Below are positions 6,404-10,610 of a stretch of DNA of 10,610 nt, one piece after another. The translations under genes were made by a program, and so were the position numbers. The notes below the pieces were generated by a model. The model made no database searches. It had not been told where the DNA came from and saw nothing but the letters and a program-made list of their open reading frames with translations. The stretch covers positions 1 through 10,610 of the forward strand of contig CAZPPD010000123.1 in assembly GCA_964588185.1 (NCBI GenBank). The letters run 5' to 3'. The DNA is from an uncultured Alcaligenaceae bacterium. Lineage in GTDB: Bacteria > Planctomycetota > Planctomycetia > Gemmatales > Gemmataceae. The number at the start of each line of letters is the position of its first letter. The stretch's first letter is position 1.

Positions 6404-8947
6404 TCACTTTTTAGGGTCAGGATCTTTTTTTAACATGGGTTCCGCTTTGCTATCCGGCTGGACTACCGGACCCCACTCATCCAAATTCATTTCTTTGGGA
6501 GCAGGTCCTTTGATGGTACACATTGCCTGGAAGATTTCGTCCGGAATATCAGCCTTGAGGAAACGGACAGATCCATCGGCCATGATTACATACGCTCCTT
6601 TCTTGCCGCCATAGTCTCCGACAAAGGGCTTAATGCTATCCTTCTCGGGAACTCCGCGAACCGTGGCCCCGCCGCCGGCAATCCAAGGAGTCATTCCCAC
6701 CGGATTATCCTGGGGAACTTGAATCATGAAAGCTGTGTTGGCAAGACCCCGGCCTTTGCTGATTTCTTCCAGGCTTACCGGCCGGTCGTAACCAAAGATC
6801 CCTCGCTTGCCTACGGCAGCCGGGTCGTCCAAGCGAAAATCTGCAGCATTGAGACCAACGCCGGCAATGCCGACAAAATGAGTCGCCGCAACATCGGTCG
6901 GCAATCCCGGATAGGATACCCGGCGTGAACTGCTGGGATACCTTGGATCCAGAAACTGCGGAACAATGGTCCGAGCAACCAGCCAATTTTCCTGATCCCG
7001 CCAGGATTTCTTGAAATTAATGCGTTGGTACAAGGTCCGCTGGTCCAGGAAAGGCAATAAGCTTGCCATCCAACTTACCCGATGAATCGGTTCCTTGGCG
7101 AAACGAGAGCCCGCCCCGATGCGCGGAAACGCGGCCTGTGGGAAATGTTTTTCCTCTAACGCCACCGTCCGATTAAACGGCAGTCGTTTGGTGCCAAGAT
7201 CTACCACAGCTTTACCAAGCTGGTGCCGGTGATTTTCCTTGGCGGCAATGGCGAGTTGATTGCGAACGTTGGCGATTAGCAATCTTGTCGCCCGAAGTAA
7301 ATCGCCGTCGCGGTTTTCGTCCAGAATTAAATCAAATGTAAAGGTGACGGTGTTCTCTTGTTGGTCCACTTTAATGCGGGATTTTTTGGGATCGTTGTCG
7401 TCAACCGGATTGGTCTCGGGGAATCCTTCTCCCCCTATCCTGCCGCCGGGAAGAAATGGTGCATTCGGGTCGTTCGGATCCACTTTGGTCTTCTTTTCCG
7501 AAACCACCTCTACTTTGTGGTTAAATGCCTTGTCAAAAAACTCAGCTACATCCGGGGCAACTTCAACTTCCAGGTCTTCCTCGAGCACCCGGGCATTTTG
7601 GTTGGCAAGACCGCCGGAGCAAGCAATTTCGTTGACGTAACGGTATTTTCCCGGTTCCCGTTGGCGAAACGAGGTCCCTAAGATGTCGATGGTGGCAACA
7701 TTCTGTTTCAGGACGTTGGTAACATCCCAAATCCTTCGCAATTGAAATACCGCGTAATCTCCGGCGAAGGGATTGTTTACTTTCAGTCGTGCTTTATCCA
7801 AGTCGGTGGCGGTGCTAAATAGGATGTGGGTCGTTTCTTTCTTTCCGGTTTCCACCTCCTCGAGTTTATCCAGCATCTTTTTCAAGTCCGGATGGATAGT
7901 ACTGTAAAAGGTGGTGCGGGCATCAGGGGCAAGGCGTTTAAATTTGCCTTTGACCTCTAAGAACATGGCCATTGGTTTCTTGTGAGCCACAATCAAAGTT
8001 TGCCGATCATGTAGGCGCAGGAACAAGGGTTCCTTGGGTTGCCGCTGTTGTCCGTATTTCAGATTGGAACGAGCGGCCATGGAGAGTTGGGAAAACTGTT
8101 CCAGCCAGAGGTTATCCTCCGGGATTTGGAAATAGTTTTGGTCGTGAATCTTCTCCTTTACCTCAATCAATCCTAATGCCTTGGCTAACTTATCCTCCTT
8201 AAAAGCGACCGTTGAATGAATGGCATTAAACGCCCACATTGAGTCCTGCCCATACCATTCACCGTGGAGAATTTCGTCAATCGCTTTCAAGGAAAATCCC
8301 AAGCGTTCCCGGAATACATTGTCATCCAAACCGGGTGAGCGAAAGGCGGTTAAGCCCAAATCGCTGGACAGGATATCCTTGAGGTGCAGATGAGCGACGT
8401 GGTGGACGTCGTTTGGAAGTAAATTGGTAAAGGCCTCGAGGTCGGCCTTGCCGAGAACTCGTTCCACAATCTTTTGCTTGCCATTTTCTTGGCCATTGCC
8501 GTTGGTTTGCTTCGTGGTACCGTTGCCGTTGTTTTCCGTGTTATCATTCTGGCCGTAAAGGTTTGGGTTCGTTTTTGGTTTCTTTTTGTTTCCGCCGGAC
8601 ATCATAAAGAAAGCAGCGACGGCCAAAACCACCAAACCGACAGCGCCCAAGCCGATCCCCAGCACCATTTGATTGGACTTTTTGCCTTTTTTCTTCTTGC
8701 CTTTTTTCTTTTTCTTGCCGGAATCCTCATCCTCGAAATCATCCTCATCATCCGGAACCGGTTTTTTCCGTTTTTTGGATTTTGGGGACTCATCCTCGGG
8801 CTTACTATCCGCAGGGTCATCGACAACAAATCGAAACTTGCAGGTCGGGCATTCGACTTTTTTGCCGATCAGTTTGGGATTTTTGATGACGACGCCGGAT
8901 TCGCAACTGGGACAAGATATTTTGAAGCTGTGCCCGGGAATGGCCAT
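6404..8947 (-). CDS. Bitopic membrane protein: N-terminal MJ0042-type zinc ribbon, Lys/Asp/Glu-rich linker, single TM helix, Asn/Gly/Thr-rich linker, ~390-aa unrecognised domain, C-terminal DUF1559 (divergent H-X9-DG) domain
   Basis: The track ORF is 6404..8962 and starts on GTG. I prefer ATG at 8947, which has GGAG 9 nt upstream. The N-terminus MAIPGHSFKISCPSCESGVVIKNPKLIGKKVECPTCKFRFVV fits the MJ0042-family CxxC-(17)-CxxC ribbon. The linker is KKRKKPVPDDEDDFEDEDSGKKKKKGKKKKGKK. The TM helix is MVLGIGLGAVGLVVLAVAAFFMM. The C-terminal ~260 aa match DUF1559 landmarks: SWMASLLPFLDQRTLYQRINFKKSWRDQENW, then YPGLPTDVAATHFVGIAGVG, then GAYVIMADGSVRFLKADIPDEIFQAMCTIKG. In the H-X9-DG motif the conserved His is replaced by Gly, giving G-X9-DG. 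Stop is TGA at 6404-6406. Confidence 0.78.
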   Translation of the reverse strand: MAIPGHSFKISCPSCESGVVIKNPKLIGKKVECPTCKFRFVVDDPADSKPEDESPKSKKRKKPVPDDEDDFEDEDSGKKKKKGKKKKGKKSNQMVLGIGLGAVGLVVLAVAAFFMMSGGNKKKPKTNPNLYGQNDNTENNGNGTTKQTNGNGQENGKQKIVERVLGKADLEAFTNLLPNDVHHVAHLHLKDILSSDLGLTAFRSPGLDDNVFRERLGFSLKAIDEILHGEWYGQDSMWAFNAIHSTVAFKEDKLAKALGLIEVKEKIHDQNYFQIPEDNLWLEQFSQLSMAARSNLKYGQQRQPKEPLFLRLHDRQTLIVAHKKPMAMFLEVKGKFKRLAPDARTTFYSTIHPDLKKMLDKLEEVETGKKETTHILFSTATDLDKARLKVNNPFAGDYAVFQLRRIWDVTNVLKQNVATIDILGTSFRQREPGKYRYVNEIACSGGLANQNARVLEEDLEVEVAPDVAEFFDKAFNHKVEVVSEKKTKVDPNDPNAPFLPGGRIGGEGFPETNPVDDNDPKKSRIKVDQQENTVTFTFDLILDENRDGDLLRATRLLIANVRNQLAIAAKENHRHQLGKAVVDLGTKRLPFNRTVALEEKHFPQAAFPRIGAGSRFAKEPIHRVSWMASLLPFLDQRTLYQRINFKKSWRDQENWLVARTIVPQFLDPRYPSSSRRVSYPGLPTDVAATHFVGIAGVGLNAADFRLDDPAAVGKRGIFGYDRPVSLEEISKGRGLANTAFMIQVPQDNPVGMTPWIAGGGATVRGVPEKDSIKPFVGDYGGKKGAYVIMADGSVRFLKADIPDEIFQAMCTIKGPAPKEMNLDEWGPVVQPDSKAEPMLKKDPDPKK
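6506..7294 (-). other. DUF1559 / H-X9-DG-like domain (Planctomycete pseudopilin-associated domain) without the usual prepilin N-terminus
   Basis: Track residues about 557-819; motifs as given for the CDS. There is no prepilin-type (G/FTLxE) methylation motif anywhere in the protein. Confidence 0.7.
8672..8803 (-). repeat. Low-complexity coding tract encoding a poly-Lys / acidic linker; CT-rich on the plus strand with several T5-T6 homopolymer runs
   Basis: The plus strand reads ...ctttttgccttttttcttcttgccttttttctttttcttgccggaatcctcatcctcgaaatcatcctcatcatccggaaccggttttttccgttttttgg.... It encodes SKPEDESPKSKKRKKPVPDDEDDFEDEDSGKKKKKGKKKKGKKS. Confidence 0.7.
8819..8947 (-). other. MJ0042-family zinc-ribbon (CxxC…CxxC) domain, predicted cytoplasmic
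   Basis: SCPSCESG-(17)-ECPTCKFRF. The second metal-binding knuckle is followed by F-R-F-V-V, as in TIGR02098-type ribbons. Confidence 0.65.
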
Positions 8948-9316
8948 GTAATTACTCTCCACGGAAAAGAAGGGAATCGCAAATGAGAATGAATTATGAT
9001 CCTTATCTTAAACGGGGGAAATAAGATCTGCAACGGGTAGTAATTTTGATTGGAAAAGTAATCAGCGGGAATGAGAAACGGGTATGCAGGATTTCCGTGA
9101 GATGTTTCGCCCTTTCAGGGCTTCTGGGGTGGAAAATGCCATATCCAGGGCGGAGTATCGCGACTATCGCCGCTCCGCTCTGCCCAGGGTATCTGGCCTG
9201 TCTTGTTGTTGGCCCTACCGGGGCGATAAATTCCACAGGTTTAATTTGAACCAGAAGTTCACCCGGGAAATGTTGATATCACTTGGAATTGAAACTGAAA
9301 ATTGGAACTACTGAAT

Positions 9317-10084
9317 TTACAATTCCCATTTCCATTCAATCATCCCTTCCAACATTTCTTTGTGCGTTAAATTAAACTGCAAAGGCGTGACGGTAATAAA
9401 ACGATCCGCCAACGCGGTTACGTCGGTATCCGGGTGAGGTTCCGGGCATCCATAATCCGGGTTATTCCAGAAATAGACCCGGCCGCGGGGGTCAATGCGG
9501 CGGTCGTAGGATTCTTCGTGCGGAGCCACGTTTTGCGGAACCACTTGGATGCCTTCGAGGGGCCCCTTTTCAAAGCTAGGGATATTAACATTAAAAAGGG
9601 ATCCTTGTTCGGGGTTGTGAGACATGATTTGCCGAATGACTGTCATAGAAAGCTCGGCTGCTTTGGGAAAATCCAGGGGTTTGGGTTTCGAGTATTCCAA
9701 AGAAATGGCGATGCTGGTTCGCTGGTAGAATGCCCCCTCTACGGCAGCGGCCACGGTTCCCGAATAAAGCACATTTATCCCTGCATTGGACCCGGCGTTG
9801 ATTCCACTGACAACTAAATCCGGCGGTTCGGCTAACAACTCCATCAAAGCCAGCTTCACACAATCCGCCGGACGCCCTTCCACTGCCCAGCCCATGGGCT
9901 CTTGATGGTCATCCACGACTTCTTGAACCAGTAACGGGGTCAGCAACGTGATGGAATGGCCAACCCCGCTTTGTTCTCCCGCTGGGGCAACAACCGTCAC
10001 CTCCCCCAATTTTTTCAGTTCCTCGCGCAGAGCCCGCAAACCCGGGGCATAAACACCATCATCATTGGTTAGCAGTATTCTCAC
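9317..10084 (-). CDS. surE: 5'/3'-nucleotidase SurE (stationary-phase survival protein)
   Basis: The N-terminus (V/M)RILLTNDDGVYAPGLRALREEL... is the SurE signature, including the DDG metal-binding motif. The 255-aa length is typical. Start is GTG at 10082-10084 with an AAGGA Shine-Dalgarno motif 8 nt upstream. Stop is TAA at 9317-9319. Confidence 0.9.
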   Translation of the reverse strand: MRILLTNDDGVYAPGLRALREELKKLGEVTVVAPAGEQSGVGHSITLLTPLLVQEVVDDHQEPMGWAVEGRPADCVKLALMELLAEPPDLVVSGINAGSNAGINVLYSGTVAAAVEGAFYQRTSIAISLEYSKPKPLDFPKAAELSMTVIRQIMSHNPEQGSLFNVNIPSFEKGPLEGIQVVPQNVAPHEESYDRRIDPRGRVYFWNNPDYGCPEPHPDTDVTALADRFITVTPLQFNLTHKEMLEGMIEWKWEL

Positions 10085-10527
10085 TTAACATTTCCTTTGT
10101 GATTTATTCCAGAAACATTATTCAGGTCAGTTTATTTATAGCTGGAAGATTTTCTCGGAAAGATGTCCGGGTCAGACCTTCGTTATGCATCTTTCTTATG
10201 GAGTCCAATTATAGTTTCATGCTTTCATTTCACACTTCCCACGAGCCCGGTCTGCTGCTCATTGGTGGGAACCAAGGGGGATATTCACGGCCATGGACCC
10301 GTCATTCATTCTATCAATCAATAAATCTTAACCTGCATTTCCAGACGGAGAGGAGGATTTGGTTACCCGCGCAAGGAATGGGGATATTACCGTTTTGAGG
10401 AAAACATCGGGATCTTTGCACTAAACGGGATTGCTTGATGCCGCTTCCGGCATCAGCTAAACTACAAAGGATACTGGTAATGGGTGCCCTGATTGTGGAC
10501 TCAAACAAGTTGGTGAAAAGGAGCTTT

Positions 10528-10610
10528 ATGCCCTCTGACAGGGATATGGGATCCTTGAGTACGAATCAGTGGGATCGGCTCCATGGTCTGGTAAACCAGT
10601 TCGAAGAAGC
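10528..10610 (+). CDS. Hypothetical protein, N-terminal fragment (continues beyond window end); divergent from surE
   Basis: ATG at 10528 is preceded by a strong AAAGGAG motif with 4-nt spacing. The open frame MPSDRDMGSLSTNQWDRLHGLVNQFEE... reaches the window edge. The same frame is open back to ATG 10438, following a TGA stop at 10396-10398, so the true start could be 10438. Confidence 0.35.
   Translation, partial: MPSDRDMGSLSTNQWDRLHGLVNQFEE

Noticed and set aside
6380-6412. gtgag…(17 nt)…ctcac followed by ttttt on the plus strand, resembling an intrinsic terminator
   Set aside because: The stem is only 5 bp and the loop is 17 nt. The structure and the T-run overlap the last Lys codons and TGA stop of the minus-strand 852-aa gene. 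A plus-strand terminator makes no sense here, as there is no plus-strand gene upstream.
8474-8986. Plus-strand 170-aa ORF and 8673..8951 92-aa ORF antisense to the 852-aa gene
   Set aside because: They translate to poly-Phe/Leu/Ser low complexity because they are the antisense of Lys/Glu codon runs. This is not a plausible protein.
9003-9314. Three small ORFs (9003..9236 -, 9046..9249 +, 9084..9314 +) in the surE-downstream spacer
   Set aside because: They are mutually overlapping, have no ribosome-binding sites and no recognisable motifs, and their composition matches non-coding GC-rich spacer. They are kept only as a low-interest note.
10314-10508. Minus-strand 64-aa ORF in the divergent promoter region
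   Set aside because: It overlaps the probable start of the plus-strand gene and its Shine-Dalgarno motif. It has no ribosome-binding site of its own, and its Cys/Arg-rich translation is typical of a frame shadow.
1-10610. Search for tRNA, rRNA, CRISPR repeats, IS termini or integrase genes
   Set aside because: No GGTTCGAATCC-type T-loop, no periodic direct repeats with spacers, no long terminal inverted repeats, and no transposase- or integrase-like translations were seen. The window appears to be ordinary chromosomal coding DNA.

Overview
The window looks like a Planctomycetota chromosome segment, because the 852-aa protein carries a clear DUF1559 / H-X9-DG-type C-terminal domain that is essentially specific to that phylum. 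GC content is moderate, about one half by eye. I see no rRNA, tRNA, CRISPR array or mobile element. Six genes lie co-directionally on the minus strand. Listed from the high-coordinate (upstream) end they are: surE (9317..10084); an unusual bitopic protein with a cytoplasmic MJ0042-type zinc ribbon, a Lys/Asp/Glu-rich linker, one TM helix and a C-terminal DUF1559 domain (6404..8947); a large hybrid sensor histidine kinase with an HPt domain (3001..6243); a response regulator fused to an RsbW-like GHKL serine-kinase domain (1946..2854); an SPFH/Band-7 (Band_7_1, YdjI-like) protein fused to a C-terminal DUF4339/GYF-like domain (667..1785); and a double zinc-ribbon protein whose C-terminus runs off the left edge (1..567, not in the ORF track because it has no in-window stop). 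A divergent partial plus-strand ORF begins near 10528. The best candidates for an undescribed system are the ZnR-TM-DUF1559 protein, the SPFH-DUF4339 + double-ZnR pair, and their shared locus with a phosphorelay that ends in a partner-switching-type kinase. The other long ORFs in the track are frame shadows of these genes.
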